Shown in pieces: positions 37,657-46,532 of a DNA stretch of 64,000 nucleotides. The notes under the pieces were generated by a model. The model did not search any database. It was not told where the DNA came from and saw only the letters and a list, made by a program, of their open reading frames with translations. The position numbers were made by a program, and so were the translations under genes. The stretch's first letter is position 1, and every line of letters begins with the position of its first letter. The DNA is from a virus (Duplodnaviria; Caudoviricetes). The stretch lies in IMG/VR virus record IMGVR_UViG_2524023245_000003, positions 398 through 64,397 of that record; one strand, 5' to 3'.

Positions 37657-38339
37657 TGGTCTCCGGTGTTGGTGGTGCCACGCTCGGCTGTGAGCTGGCG
37701 TTGCAGGCGCTGCGCGGTCTTCTGTCCGATGCCCAGCGCACGGATGAGGGTTCGCAGCGAGGGCACGTCCCGGTCCGGCGCGGATGGCAAAGCCCGAGCG
37801 GCTGCGAGGTGGTCTTGTTGCGGCGGTCGTTGCGCGTTACGTCGCCTTGCAGGCCGTGTTGCGGTGGGCCGCTGCTTCGCGATGTACCGGAACACCTCGG
37901 GTGCCAGGTCGAACCACTCGGTATTGCCGTTGCGGTAGTCGGCGAAGCGGGCGTGCAGCGCGCGCTCCAGTTCGGGACCGCCGTGCAACGCCAGTAGCAC
38001 GCTGTCCGGGCGCAGCGCGAGGGAACCGAGGCGACTGGCGAGGTTCGAGGTGTACCCGATCTTGACTCGGCCGCCGTTCGCCACGAAATAGACGATGGTG
38101 TCGTGTACGCCGCCCAGCAGCGCATCGATTGCTGCAACGCGTGCCGCCCCTATGAGGTCCATGCGTGGCGGCGGCGTGGCGGTGTGCTGTTGCGCCGCGG
38201 CAAGCTGGTCCCGGAGAACTTCGGGGACGACCGTCAGGGCGACTTCGAGGCGATGGGGTTCGCAGAGCGGCACGGGGTGTTGCATGACTGGCTCGCGGTG
38301 GCAGCGACGACCGTCGTCGTCGGCGTTGCAGTGCTTCAT
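37653..38339 (-). CDS. GIY-YIG superfamily (T5orf172/MUG113-like) protein with C-terminal HTH
   Basis: VYF...VKIGYT...RL...ERALHARF...EWF; PSLRTLIRALGIGQKTAQ. Confidence 0.85.
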   Translation of the reverse strand: MKHCNADDDGRRCHREPVMQHPVPLCEPHRLEVALTVVPEVLRDQLAAAQQHTATPPPRMDLIGAARVAAIDALLGGVHDTIVYFVANGGRVKIGYTSNLASRLGSLALRPDSVLLALHGGPELERALHARFADYRNGNTEWFDLAPEVFRYIAKQRPTATRPARRRNAQRPPQQDHLAAARALPSAPDRDVPSLRTLIRALGIGQKTAQRLQRQLTAERGTTNTGDQ

Positions 38340-39730
38340 GTCGGTCCTTCTTGGAGGGCGGCAACGTGCTCGGGCGCGAAGTGGAGCCGCCCGCTGGCGT
38401 CACGGTGGACAGGTGCGATGCGTTTCCGGTTGACCCAGGAGCGGACTGTTGCGGGGCTGACGCCACGGGCTTCGGCGACTTCGGCCACGGTCATCAGGCG
38501 GGCGTGGGTGGCGGATTCTGCATCGGGCGTTGCGTCGGGGAGCGTGGCGTGCACGTCGACGCGGCGGGGTGTTGTTGCAAGGGCTGCGACGGGTGCCGAC
38601 ATCGCGGTGTGCGGGTGCGTTCCCATGGGCGCGAGATCGAGGATGAGCCTGCGCTTCGGCGCGGGATCGGGGCCGCGGGTGGCAGGCGTGGCAGGGGGCG
38701 TTGCGTATGTTGCGGTGCTGTCGCGGTGGGTGCCGATGGCGATGCGGACCTGCGTCTCGGAGACGACCACGCCGTGCTCCGTGCACAGGGAGGCGATCTC
38801 TGCCGGAGTCGCTTCGGGTTTGGCGGCGGCCACTCGGCGCACCGCGTCGAGTGGGTGCATGTGGGTGAGTTGCTGGTGCACGAGTGCGGCCGGGGTGCGC
38901 GGGGTGGCGGGCGGCTGCTCGGGCTGCCACGGGGAGGCCAGCTCGACCGTGGACAGCTGCGCAGCGCCGCGGCGCCCGGCGAGCTGCCGCATCAGCTGAT
39001 GCCGCTGCTCCCCGTCGAGTGCAGCGCCGGAGCGGGTGACGGCGGCGGCGAGGCGGGCGCGTCCCCAGGGCGAGAGCCAGCGGCGGGAGGCGAGGCGCAC
39101 CGCGCGGGCGGTGGCGCGGTCACGCGAGATTTGCTCCGCGCTCCGGTCCCGCACCGCGAGGCCGAGGCGGGACAGCAGCCGCTCGCGAAGCTCGCGGGCG
39201 AGCACTGCGGGCAGGCCGGAGGAGCGCGCGCCGGGCTTCGCGTGGCGCAGTTCGATCCCCATTGCCAGGTGCCACAGCAGCGCGGCGAGTACCGGCCCGA
39301 CGAACGCGCGGACCGTTCCGCCGACCGCGCCGGATTCCGAGAAGGCTGGCACGATCTGCACCCCGGTGATCACCCACACCAGGACGCCGGGCGTTCCGGG
39401 GGCGCCGGACTGCCGCAGGTTCTGTCGGGCCATCAGCGCGCACGAGAACAGGGCCAGCTCGGCCGCGGCGAACATGGCGGCCCGCTCGATCGAGTCGGTC
39501 ATGCCGAGCCGGTGTTCGGCGAACGCCCAAGAGGTGTCCGCGCTGTAGGCGGTGCAGGCTGCCGCGGCGAGCCCGGCGACGAGCACGGCGGCCGGGGGAC
39601 GGCGGGCGGCCCGAACGGCGCACACCGTCGACCAGATGGCAGTGGTGGCCAGCAGGAGTACGGCCGCGCCGAGCCCGGCTGCGGGGTAGGGGTGCGTACC
39701 GGCCCAGCGGACAGCGGTGTCCAGGTCCAT
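38336..39730 (-). CDS. Polytopic membrane protein with C-terminal HTH (SpdB2/DUF2637-like)
   Basis: Several TM helices in N-terminal half, Pro/Thr linker, LMTVAEVAEARGVSPATVRSWVNR. Confidence 0.7.
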   Translation of the reverse strand: MDLDTAVRWAGTHPYPAAGLGAAVLLLATTAIWSTVCAVRAARRPPAAVLVAGLAAAACTAYSADTSWAFAEHRLGMTDSIERAAMFAAAELALFSCALMARQNLRQSGAPGTPGVLVWVITGVQIVPAFSESGAVGGTVRAFVGPVLAALLWHLAMGIELRHAKPGARSSGLPAVLARELRERLLSRLGLAVRDRSAEQISRDRATARAVRLASRRWLSPWGRARLAAAVTRSGAALDGEQRHQLMRQLAGRRGAAQLSTVELASPWQPEQPPATPRTPAALVHQQLTHMHPLDAVRRVAAAKPEATPAEIASLCTEHGVVVSETQVRIAIGTHRDSTATYATPPATPATRGPDPAPKRRLILDLAPMGTHPHTAMSAPVAALATTPRRVDVHATLPDATPDAESATHARLMTVAEVAEARGVSPATVRSWVNRKRIAPVHRDASGRLHFAPEHVAALQEGPT

Positions 39731-39787
39731 GACGAAGGGGCTCCCGGGGAGGGGCCGGGCCGCCATGCGCGGCCCGGCCGGGGTGGG

Positions 39788-39961
39788 TCAGCTGCGGTCG
39801 GCTCCGGCGGCCTCGTTGCCGTTGCTGCGGGCCTGGCCGAGCTGCTCCCGGGCGGTGGCGGCGCGGGCCGTGGCCCCGGCGTAGTCGTCAGCGGCCTGCG
39901 CGAGGATGCGCGCCGCCTCCGGGCTGGGCGCGGTCGTGGGCTGGTCGGTACGATCCGACAT
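39788..39961 (-). CDS. Small hypothetical protein, first gene of the accessory operon
   Basis: AGGAG RBS; MSDRTDQPTT... Confidence 0.6.
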   Translation of the reverse strand: MSDRTDQPTTAPSPEAARILAQAADDYAGATARAATAREQLGQARSNGNEAAGADRS

Positions 39962-40061
39962 GGTCATCTCCTGGTGAAGTCAGGTGGATGGCTGGCCCCG
40001 GTGGAGGTGCAACTTCGCCGGGGCCGTTCTGTTCACGGACGGAGGAGGGTCCCCGAGCCGT

Positions 40062-40098
40062 TGTGTAGGCAGACTACACACGTGTAGGCTCACTACAC
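40062..40098. promoter_or_regulatory. Two tandem 17-bp palindromic operators GTGTAG-N5-CTACAC
   Basis: GTGTAGGCAGACTACAC (40063-40079) and GTGTAGGCTCACTACAC (40082-40098) between divergent genes. Confidence 0.8.
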
Positions 40099-40142
40099 AA
40101 GACGGCAGGACGACCGCCTCCCGAGCCCGGAGAGGTGCGGAG

Positions 40143-40406
40143 ATGAGCGACCAGGCGAAGGAGGTGGAGCGCGTGCTCGAAGCGGTCGATGCGGTTGCAG
40201 CGGGCGAGCCCCCGGCGGTACGGGCCAAGCGGCTGGCCAAGATGCTGGACTCGGTACGCGAGCGGGTTCGCAGGGAGCGGCAGCAGGCGGTGCGGGAGAT
40301 GCACCAGAGCGGAATGACCTACCGGCAGATCGCCAAGGAGTTGGAGATCAGCTTCGGCCGTGTTCGGCAGATCCTCGCCGAGGAGACCGGGCCGCCGCCG
40401 GAATGA
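40143..40406 (+). CDS. Small HTH regulator
   Basis: GMTYRQIAKELEISFGRVRQI. Confidence 0.88.
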   Translation: MSDQAKEVERVLEAVDAVAAGEPPAVRAKRLAKMLDSVRERVRRERQQAVREMHQSGMTYRQIAKELEISFGRVRQILAEETGPPPE

Positions 40407-40470
40407 GAGAAGGCCGAGCGGTGTGGAAGACCGCCCGGCCGAGAGCACCCAACAGAGAGAAAGGCGCTCC

Positions 40471-40863
40471 ATGGGCGTACCGAATGGGTCAGTGAGTGGC
40501 GCAATGGTTCACCCTGGCGCCGCCATCAAAGGTAGTAGCGAAACGGCTGTCTACCGGCTGTACGGCAAGTCGGATCGCCTGTTGTACGTGGGTATCGGCC
40601 GAAGCCCGATGGCCCGTTGGGGCGCGCACGCAGAACTCCCGTGGTGGCTGGACGTCGCCCGGTTCACGGTGACCTGGTTCTCCACGAGGCGGGAGGCACT
40701 CGCAGAGGAGTTGAAGGTTCTCCACGAGGAAGACCCGTTGCATAACGTTCAGGGGACAGCGCGCGGTGCGCTGGCCACCGGCAACGGCGTACGTGCGGCG
40801 TTGGCCCGATCTCGCCAGCATCAACAGCAGGCGTCCGAGCAAGCCGAAGGAGACTCCCCCTGA
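40471..40863 (+). CDS. GIY-YIG family protein
   Basis: TAVYRLY...LLYVGI...RW..H...WW...E...P.HN. Confidence 0.85.
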   Translation: MGVPNGSVSGAMVHPGAAIKGSSETAVYRLYGKSDRLLYVGIGRSPMARWGAHAELPWWLDVARFTVTWFSTRREALAEELKVLHEEDPLHNVQGTARGALATGNGVRAALARSRQHQQQASEQAEGDSP

Positions 40864-41816
40864 TGAAACTCGCGACGGAACGGGATAGGCCCGCCGCTGT
40901 GTACCGGCTGTACGACGCAGACGAAACCCTCTTGTACATCGGGTCGAGCTACGACCCGGACCGTCGTTGCCGAAACCACTACGGCAAACCGTGGTGGTCC
41001 CAAGTCGCCCGCCGGGTGGATCAGTGGTGCCCGTCCAAGACAGCGGCTCTCGCCGCAGAGGCGGCAGCCATCACGGCAGAGAACCCAGCCCATAACGAGA
41101 TCGGCACGCCCCGCTATGAACCGCCCGCGAAGAAGGCGGAGGCTCGGGTTGCGAGCGCAGACCTGTCGATAGCGCAGATCGTTGCGCGGCACGGGGTCAC
41201 CCGTCAGACGGTTCACACGTACCGCCGCCGTGGCGTCTTCCCTCGGCCGGTCGAGGGTGAGGGCAGTACGCGCCCTCGGTTCCATGCGCAGGAGGTGGCG
41301 ACCTTCTTCGCGCAGAACCCGAAGCAGCCGGGCAAGCGAACAGACCGCGCCCCTGACCAGCAACGAGGAGCCACCATGGCCGACACCTTGACCGCGTTCA
41401 TCCGCGCCCGGCTGGCCGAGGACGAGCAGGCGGCGCGGCTCATGGAGGAGCACTATCCGAGCCCTTGGGATCTTGCTGACCGTGGGTGGATGGCGCATGT
41501 CGTCGCCGATCGCCCGGACTACCGTGAGGTGACGCGGCTGGAGCGGTGGGCCGGGCAGCCGGAAGGGTCGGGGGCCCCGGACTTGGGGGAGATCGTCGCT
41601 CACATCGCCCGGCATGATCCGGCCCGCGTGCTGCGCGAGGTCGAGGCGAAGCGGCGGATCGTGGCCCTGCACGAGCGGCTGCCTGTCGGGGAGTTCTGCG
41701 CCACGTGCGACGCCCCACTGGGCATCCCCGGTCTCTCTGATGGGTGTGCCACGCTCCGGCTCCTCGCCACGACGTACGCCGATCACCCTCAATTCCGTGA
41801 GGAGTGGCGGCCGTGA
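40863..41816 (+). CDS. GIY-YIG + HTH protein in frame with a DUF6221-like ORF (internal start 41376)
   Basis: VYRLY...LYIG; HGVTRQTVHTY; FIRARLAEDE...HIARHDPARVLREVEAKRRI...YADHP. Confidence 0.8.
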   Translation: MKLATERDRPAAVYRLYDADETLLYIGSSYDPDRRCRNHYGKPWWSQVARRVDQWCPSKTAALAAEAAAITAENPAHNEIGTPRYEPPAKKAEARVASADLSIAQIVARHGVTRQTVHTYRRRGVFPRPVEGEGSTRPRFHAQEVATFFAQNPKQPGKRTDRAPDQQRGATMADTLTAFIRARLAEDEQAARLMEEHYPSPWDLADRGWMAHVVADRPDYREVTRLERWAGQPEGSGAPDLGEIVAHIARHDPARVLREVEAKRRIVALHERLPVGEFCATCDAPLGIPGLSDGCATLRLLATTYADHPQFREEWRP

Positions 41817-42070
41817 CCGACGGCCCGATGTGGAGTCGTGACGTCTGGGAGGCGGTGCTGGAGGCGCAGGACGGCCGGTTGGCCTACTTCTGCCCGTTCT
41901 GTCCGAATGACGGTCTAGTCGTCTTCGGGTCCGGCCGCGTGCTCCAGCTGCCCGTGTACCGGAATGCAACGGGTTTCACGATCACGGTGGAGGGTGACGG
42001 GCCGTCCGTGGTGACGTGGCGACCATGCGGCCACCGTGTCGTGGTGGAGGGGCGCCTCGACCAGCCGTAG
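41813..42070 (+). CDS. Small hypothetical protein
   Basis: GTGA coupling; CPFC...PCGH. Confidence 0.6.
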   Translation: MTDGPMWSRDVWEAVLEAQDGRLAYFCPFCPNDGLVVFGSGRVLQLPVYRNATGFTITVEGDGPSVVTWRPCGHRVVVEGRLDQP

Positions 42071-42087
42071 CCGCGCCCGTACGCACG

Positions 42088-42119
42088 GAAGCGCCCACCC
42101 CAGCCGGGGCGGGCGCTTC
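42088..42119. terminator. Bidirectional terminator between convergent operons
   Basis: GAAGCGCCCACCCC-AGCC-GGGGCGGGCGCTTC. Confidence 0.7.
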
Positions 42120-42131
42120 GTCGTGCCGGGG

Positions 42132-42386
42132 CTAACCAGCGTCGGGTTTCCGGCAGGTGTGGAAGCGGTAGGTGCGTCCGCCCCAGGTGCGCCACTCGCC
42201 CGTGAAGCCGTCGCAGTCCTTGGTGAGGCACACGGTGCTGGGGCGCCGTCGACGCGGCGGCTCGGGTGTGGCGTCTCCTGGCGGGGCCAGGACCGATTCC
42301 GCCCGCCACGGGGGCGTGTTGACGGCACGCTGCGGTCCGGCGGGGAGCCAGCCGCCCTCGTCGTACTGCTCCGAGACTGGGCTCAC
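42132..42386 (-). CDS. Hypothetical protein
   Basis: GTGA coupling, ends before terminator. Confidence 0.55.
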   Translation of the reverse strand: MSPVSEQYDEGGWLPAGPQRAVNTPPWRAESVLAPPGDATPEPPRRRRPSTVCLTKDCDGFTGEWRTWGGRTYRFHTCRKPDAG

Positions 42387-43060
42387 GCGATGGCCTCCTG
42401 CTCATCTCGGGTCGCGATGGCGACGCGGGCGGCGAGGGCGAGATCGTCTCGGGTGTACAGGCTGCCGCAGGCACAGCACTCCACGTACGTCTGCCAGTCC
42501 TCCTCCACGAGCGCCAGCTCGGAGCAGGCCGCGCGGGGGCAGGGTTGGGTGACGGGGCGCCGGCGGGGCCGGGTGCGGGTGATGCCGCGGATGGTGGCCA
42601 TCATGTCGCTGATCTCGCGCGTCATCTCGGGTATCCACGGCTGCGCGCAGCACCAGTCGAGGTGGGGCGCGAGCCAGGCGGCGAGCTGTGCTTCGTCCGC
42701 CCGGATGGGTCCGCGTAGGCGCCGTTTCTCGGCGACGAGCCGCACCCAGGAGGTGAGGGTGCTGGAGATGGGCAGCGGCCCGTGCTGGTCGCCGTACGCG
42801 TCGCGGACGTCACCGCGGGCCGCCGGGCCGAGGAGGTTGAGGACGTCCTCTCGTCCGGGGAGCGGGGCGGTGCGGCTTCCGGCGACGCGGGTGCCGCCGC
42901 CGGTCTCCCGCTGACGGGACCCGCGCAGCACAACCATTTGCGCGGGGAGTTCGGCGAGCCAGCCGCGCATGCGGTGTTCGCAGGGGTGGCAGGCCCAGCG
43001 GCCGTGCTCGTCGTCGCGGAGGGTGCGCGGGCAGCAGGCGCAGAGGGTGGTGTGGTCCAC
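42383..43060 (-). CDS. Zn-binding phage regulator, candidate late-gene activator/antiterminator
   Basis: CxxC pairs at both termini; near the end of the early operon. Confidence 0.6.
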   Translation of the reverse strand: MDHTTLCACCPRTLRDDEHGRWACHPCEHRMRGWLAELPAQMVVLRGSRQRETGGGTRVAGSRTAPLPGREDVLNLLGPAARGDVRDAYGDQHGPLPISSTLTSWVRLVAEKRRLRGPIRADEAQLAAWLAPHLDWCCAQPWIPEMTREISDMMATIRGITRTRPRRRPVTQPCPRAACSELALVEEDWQTYVECCACGSLYTRDDLALAARVAIATRDEQEAIA

Positions 43061-43131
43061 GAGGGTGCTCCCTTGGTGCGGGCGGTACGGGGTGCGGGGC
43101 CCGGCCGCAGGGGGACGGCCGGGCGAGGGGG

Positions 43132-43572
43132 TCAGCGGTGTCGGGGGGGCGGGCCCGCGGTGTCGTCTTCCCATGGGCGTATGTGGCACCAGGTCTCGCA
43201 TCCGGTGGCGCGGCCAGCCGAGCAGTACCAGCAGGTGTGGGGGCAGGTGTACGGGTCGGCGCACGTGCACGGGGCGGCTGTGTGCCCGTCTGAGGCTCGA
43301 ACTCCCGTCCCGGCGACCGCTGGTGTGTCCGCGCCCTTCTGGGGCGTCACAGCGCCCGTGTGGCCTGCGTGGCGGGGCGGTTGGGCGGCCCGGTGGGGCG
43401 CGTCGTTGGCGGCGGCCTTCGCGGCGAGCCGCTCCCGCTGGACACGGAGCAGCGCCTGGTGCGGCGTCTCCGGCTGGGTGAGCGCGTCGGCGGAGGCGTC
43501 CGCCCACGCGGCGAGGGCGCGCATCTGGCGGGCGGCGGCGCGCAGGTGATGCGCCTCGTACTGCTCGGTCAT
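43132..43572 (-). CDS. Hypothetical protein
   Basis: AGGAGG RBS; Cys-rich C-terminus. Confidence 0.65.
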   Translation of the reverse strand: MTEQYEAHHLRAAARQMRALAAWADASADALTQPETPHQALLRVQRERLAAKAAANDAPHRAAQPPRHAGHTGAVTPQKGADTPAVAGTGVRASDGHTAAPCTCADPYTCPHTCWYCSAGRATGCETWCHIRPWEDDTAGPPPRHR

Positions 43573-43700
43573 CTGCGCCTCCTGGTGAGCCGTTGGGTGG
43601 CGGCGCGTATGGGGTCGGGTCCGGGGGTGGCGGCGGTGTGGCCGAGGGGCAGCGCGGTGACGGTGCACACCAGCGCCACGTAGGCGAGCAGGGTCAGCAC
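43569..43700 (-). CDS. Small membrane peptide
   Basis: Hydrophobic N-terminus; GGAG RBS. Confidence 0.45.
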   Translation of the reverse strand: MLTLLAYVALVCTVTALPLGHTAATPGPDPIRAATQRLTRRRR

Positions 43701-44149
43701 GGCGGTCTCCCCGGGCCGGTGACTTGGGCGAGGAAGTACGCCGTGCCGCTCTTGCTGCGGCAGTACGTCTCGCGGTGCCCGGCGGGGCGAGCGCAAGGCG
43801 GGTAGTTGGTGCCGCACGCGGACTCCGTTCGGCCGCACAGAGGCACTTCGCGGTCCGCCTCGGGCTGCTGGGCGCTGTCGAGGTGCCTGCGGATGCGGTC
43901 GGCGAGGGCGCATCCGGCGCACGCCAGGTCGGGGCCGAGGCGGTCGTGCGCTCCGCCGTGCCGGTGCAAGGCATCGGTGAGGCGCAGCTGCTCGGCGAGG
44001 AGTTCGCGGGCGGCGGCGAGGTGCTGCTCGAGGCGGGCGCCGTCTTGCTCGAGCGTGACGGCCACCGTGCGGGCGCGGTCCCGCTCGGCGTACAGGGCGT
44101 CGAGCTGGTCGTCAGTGATCTCGCTGGCGGTCGGGCGGTCGGCCATCAC
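43694..44149 (-). CDS. Hypothetical protein
   Basis: TASEITDDQLDALYAE actinophage motif; CARPAGH C-terminus. Confidence 0.75.
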   Translation of the reverse strand: MMADRPTASEITDDQLDALYAERDRARTVAVTLEQDGARLEQHLAAARELLAEQLRLTDALHRHGGAHDRLGPDLACAGCALADRIRRHLDSAQQPEADREVPLCGRTESACGTNYPPCARPAGHRETYCRSKSGTAYFLAQVTGPGRPPC

Positions 44150-44346
44150 GCACTCCTCGTCTGCTGGCTGATGGGGTTGGGGCGCTTCGCGCAGGCAGCG
44201 CAGACCGCGAGGCGGGCGCCGTTGCCGACGGGCACGTCGCGCTTGCCGCAGGCGGTGGTCACGAAGTTGCTGTTCGGCACGTAGCGGCCGACATGGCGGA
44301 CTCGGCCGCCGAGGAAGGCGACGCGCAGCGGGTAGGGGTCGGTCAT
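44146..44346 (-). CDS. Small Zn-ribbon-like protein
   Basis: H...TACG...CAAC. Confidence 0.65.
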   Translation of the reverse strand: MTDPYPLRVAFLGGRVRHVGRYVPNSNFVTTACGKRDVPVGNGARLAVCAACAKRPNPISQQTRSA

Positions 44347-44347
44347 G

Positions 44348-44803
44348 TCAGGCTCCGGTGGTGTCGTCGGGGCGGTGGGTGAGGTAGTGGCAGGGGCACT
44401 GCCGTGTCACGCGGGGGTCGCAGCCGTCCGTGCAGTCGGCCGGGTCCGGGGCGGTGCAGTCGCATTTCGCGTCACGGCGCCAGCGCTCCCAGACGCGGCG
44501 GTCGTAGGTCTCGGCGGGGCGGGCGGTTGGTGCCAGGACGCAGCGGCTCGGGGTGCTGGTCTGCCAGCCGGTGCCGGGCATGTCGCATGCGATGACGGCG
44601 GGGTGGCGGTCGACGTAGTCGTAGGTGGTGGCCAGGCCCTCCATGTGGGCGTCGCAGACGAGACTGAATCGGCCTGCCGGGGCGAGGAGCCAGGCGATGT
44701 GCCACTTGGCGGCGTGGTCACACCGCGGGTCGGTGGGCCAGGTGCGGCCTCCGCAGCGGAGCTCACCGGAGTAGGGAACGGTGCTGCCTGTCGGGGTCCT
44801 CAT
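44348..44803 (-). CDS. Cys-rich hypothetical protein
   Basis: ATGA coupling. Confidence 0.65.
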   Translation of the reverse strand: MRTPTGSTVPYSGELRCGGRTWPTDPRCDHAAKWHIAWLLAPAGRFSLVCDAHMEGLATTYDYVDRHPAVIACDMPGTGWQTSTPSRCVLAPTARPAETYDRRVWERWRRDAKCDCTAPDPADCTDGCDPRVTRQCPCHYLTHRPDDTTGA

Positions 44804-45060
44804 GCTGTGCCCGTGGTGTCGTCGGGGCGGGCGAGGCGGCGGAGTTCGGTGGCTACTGCCCCGGCGCCGTTGCTGGCCTCGGAGTTCGCGGCTGCGTGGT
44901 ATCCGGCGGCGATCTCCTCGGCCACGTCAGCGGCGTCGTCGTTCGCGGCGGCGCGGACCTCGGCGGCCTGGGTGGCGAGCTGCGCGGTGAGGCGGGCGAT
45001 CTGGCCCTGCTGGTCGAGCAGGGTCTGGGCAATCCGCGTGTGGTCGAGGTAGTTGGTCAT
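44800..45060 (-). CDS. Small coiled-coil hypothetical protein
   Basis: GGAGG RBS. Confidence 0.7.
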   Translation of the reverse strand: MTNYLDHTRIAQTLLDQQGQIARLTAQLATQAAEVRAAANDDAADVAEEIAAGYHAAANSEASNGAGAVATELRRLARPDDTTGTA

Positions 45061-45102
45061 CGGGTCCTCCGGTGGGTGTGGTGTGCTGGCGGTGGGCCCG
45101 CG

Positions 45103-45570
45103 CTACTGCTTCAGCAGTGGGTTGCCGGTTCCGTAGGTGGCGAGGTACTCAAGCGCCGCCTGGTGATGGTTTTCGTGAACACCGACGACGAAGTTGCAGT
45201 AGGTGCAGAGCAACGCTCGGACGACGCCGGTGGCGTGGCAGTGGTCGACGCTGAGCCGCTTGCCTGGAGCGGGGGGCTTGCGACAGATCGCGCACATGCT
45301 GTCTTGGGCATTGACCATCGCCGCGTACTGCTCGGCGGTGAGTCGGTAGTCCTCCCACAACTTCCGCTTGAGGCGTTGCTCCCGCGTTTCCCGACGCTTC
45401 TCGCGACCCTTCTGCTTGCGGTAGGCAGCGCGGCAGAGACGGCATATCGTCATGAACTTCTTGTCTCTGCCGTTCTTGTGAAATCCGGACTCGGGCTGGG
45501 ACTCACCGCACCGGCGGCAGCGTTTGAGGACTTCTACGGGTTCGAGGAAATCGAACAGGGTAAGGGCCAT
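45103..45570 (-). CDS. Endonuclease VII-family protein
   Basis: CAIC...LSVDHCHATGVVRALLCTYCN; lower GC than neighbours. Confidence 0.9.
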   Translation of the reverse strand: MALTLFDFLEPVEVLKRCRRCGESQPESGFHKNGRDKKFMTICRLCRAAYRKQKGREKRRETREQRLKRKLWEDYRLTAEQYAAMVNAQDSMCAICRKPPAPGKRLSVDHCHATGVVRALLCTYCNFVVGVHENHHQAALEYLATYGTGNPLLKQ

Positions 45571-45669
45571 GAGCTCTCCGGCGTGGTTGGGTTCGAGGCG
45601 TGGTCCACTCCCGGCTCGAACGGGAGTGGACCGCTTGCACATCTCGCCTCGGGGCGGGCCTGCTGCGGG

Positions 45670-46353
45670 TCAGCGGATGGCGCCGCGGGTGACCTTGGCG
45701 GCCAGGCGGGTCAAGTAGTCCGCGGTGGACTCCCGCGAAGTGGCGGACTCGCGGGCCTTCTTCAGCAGCCACGCGGCGAACTTCGCGTCGCGGGCCTGCG
45801 CGACCTCGGCGTCGTACGCGCCTGGCACCTCGCGGGCCTCGTCTCCGTCGCGGTGCCAGGCGGAGACGGCGGCCTGGGTAAGGACGCCAGCGCGTAGCCG
45901 GTCAATCTCGGCGAGGAGCGCGGGCACGTCCTGCCGGGCCTGGGCCATGAACTCGGCGTCGGCGACGTCGCCTTCGGTCGCAGCGATGCGGCCGATCGCT
46001 CTAAAGGCCGGACTGCTGCTCTCGCCGGCCCAGACTTGGCATGTGAAGGAGTCGGTGCACTCCACCTGCTTCCACGGGCCAGGCGTCGCCGCGGATTCAC
46101 GGGCGCGGATCTCCTGTTCGCGTGCGGGTGTCAGGTGGGTGATGGGCTGGGTGGTCATCGGTGCCTCCAGGGCGAGTTGTCCGGTCACGGGTGCGGCCGG
46201 GTGTCGGGACGGGACGGCGCCGGACGGCGGCGCCGGGGGGTGAGTCTTGCGATGGCACACCCGGCCCAGCCCGCGGCGGACCGACTCCGGGTCCCGCAGC
46301 GGACGCTTGCAGGCAAGGCACTTCGGCGGCGGGTCGGGGTCGGGGGCGGTCAC
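45670..46353 (-). CDS. DUF6011-like Zn finger in frame with an Ea22-like protein (internal start 46158)
   Basis: CLACKRPLRDPESVRRGLGRVC; AATPGPW...DAEFMAQARQDVPALLAEIDRLR. Confidence 0.75.
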   Translation of the reverse strand: MTAPDPDPPPKCLACKRPLRDPESVRRGLGRVCHRKTHPPAPPSGAVPSRHPAAPVTGQLALEAPMTTQPITHLTPAREQEIRARESAATPGPWKQVECTDSFTCQVWAGESSSPAFRAIGRIAATEGDVADAEFMAQARQDVPALLAEIDRLRAGVLTQAAVSAWHRDGDEAREVPGAYDAEVAQARDAKFAAWLLKKARESATSRESTADYLTRLAAKVTRGAIR

Positions 46354-46532
46354 CGCTTGCCCTCCGCCCAGCAGGCGGGACAGATGTCCCTGCCGCCGGG
46401 CCGCAGCCGCCAGCCGTCGGAGCGTCGCAGCCTGCGGACATCGCCGACGGTGTACGCGAAGGCGTGATGCGTCTCGGCGTCACATTCCGGCCGACCGTCG
46501 CAGCGGATGACGGGGTACGAGGCGGCGGTCAC
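46350..46532 (-). CDS. Small Zn-finger protein
   Basis: IRCDG...GW...DICPAC. Confidence 0.7.
   Translation of the reverse strand: MTAASYPVIRCDGRPECDAETHHAFAYTVGDVRRLRRSDGWRLRPGGRDICPACWAEGKR

Noticed and set aside
39993-40025. Hairpin with GGTGCAAC loop resembling a tRNA T-arm
   Set aside because: No cloverleaf, anticodon arm or acceptor stem; more likely a leader hairpin
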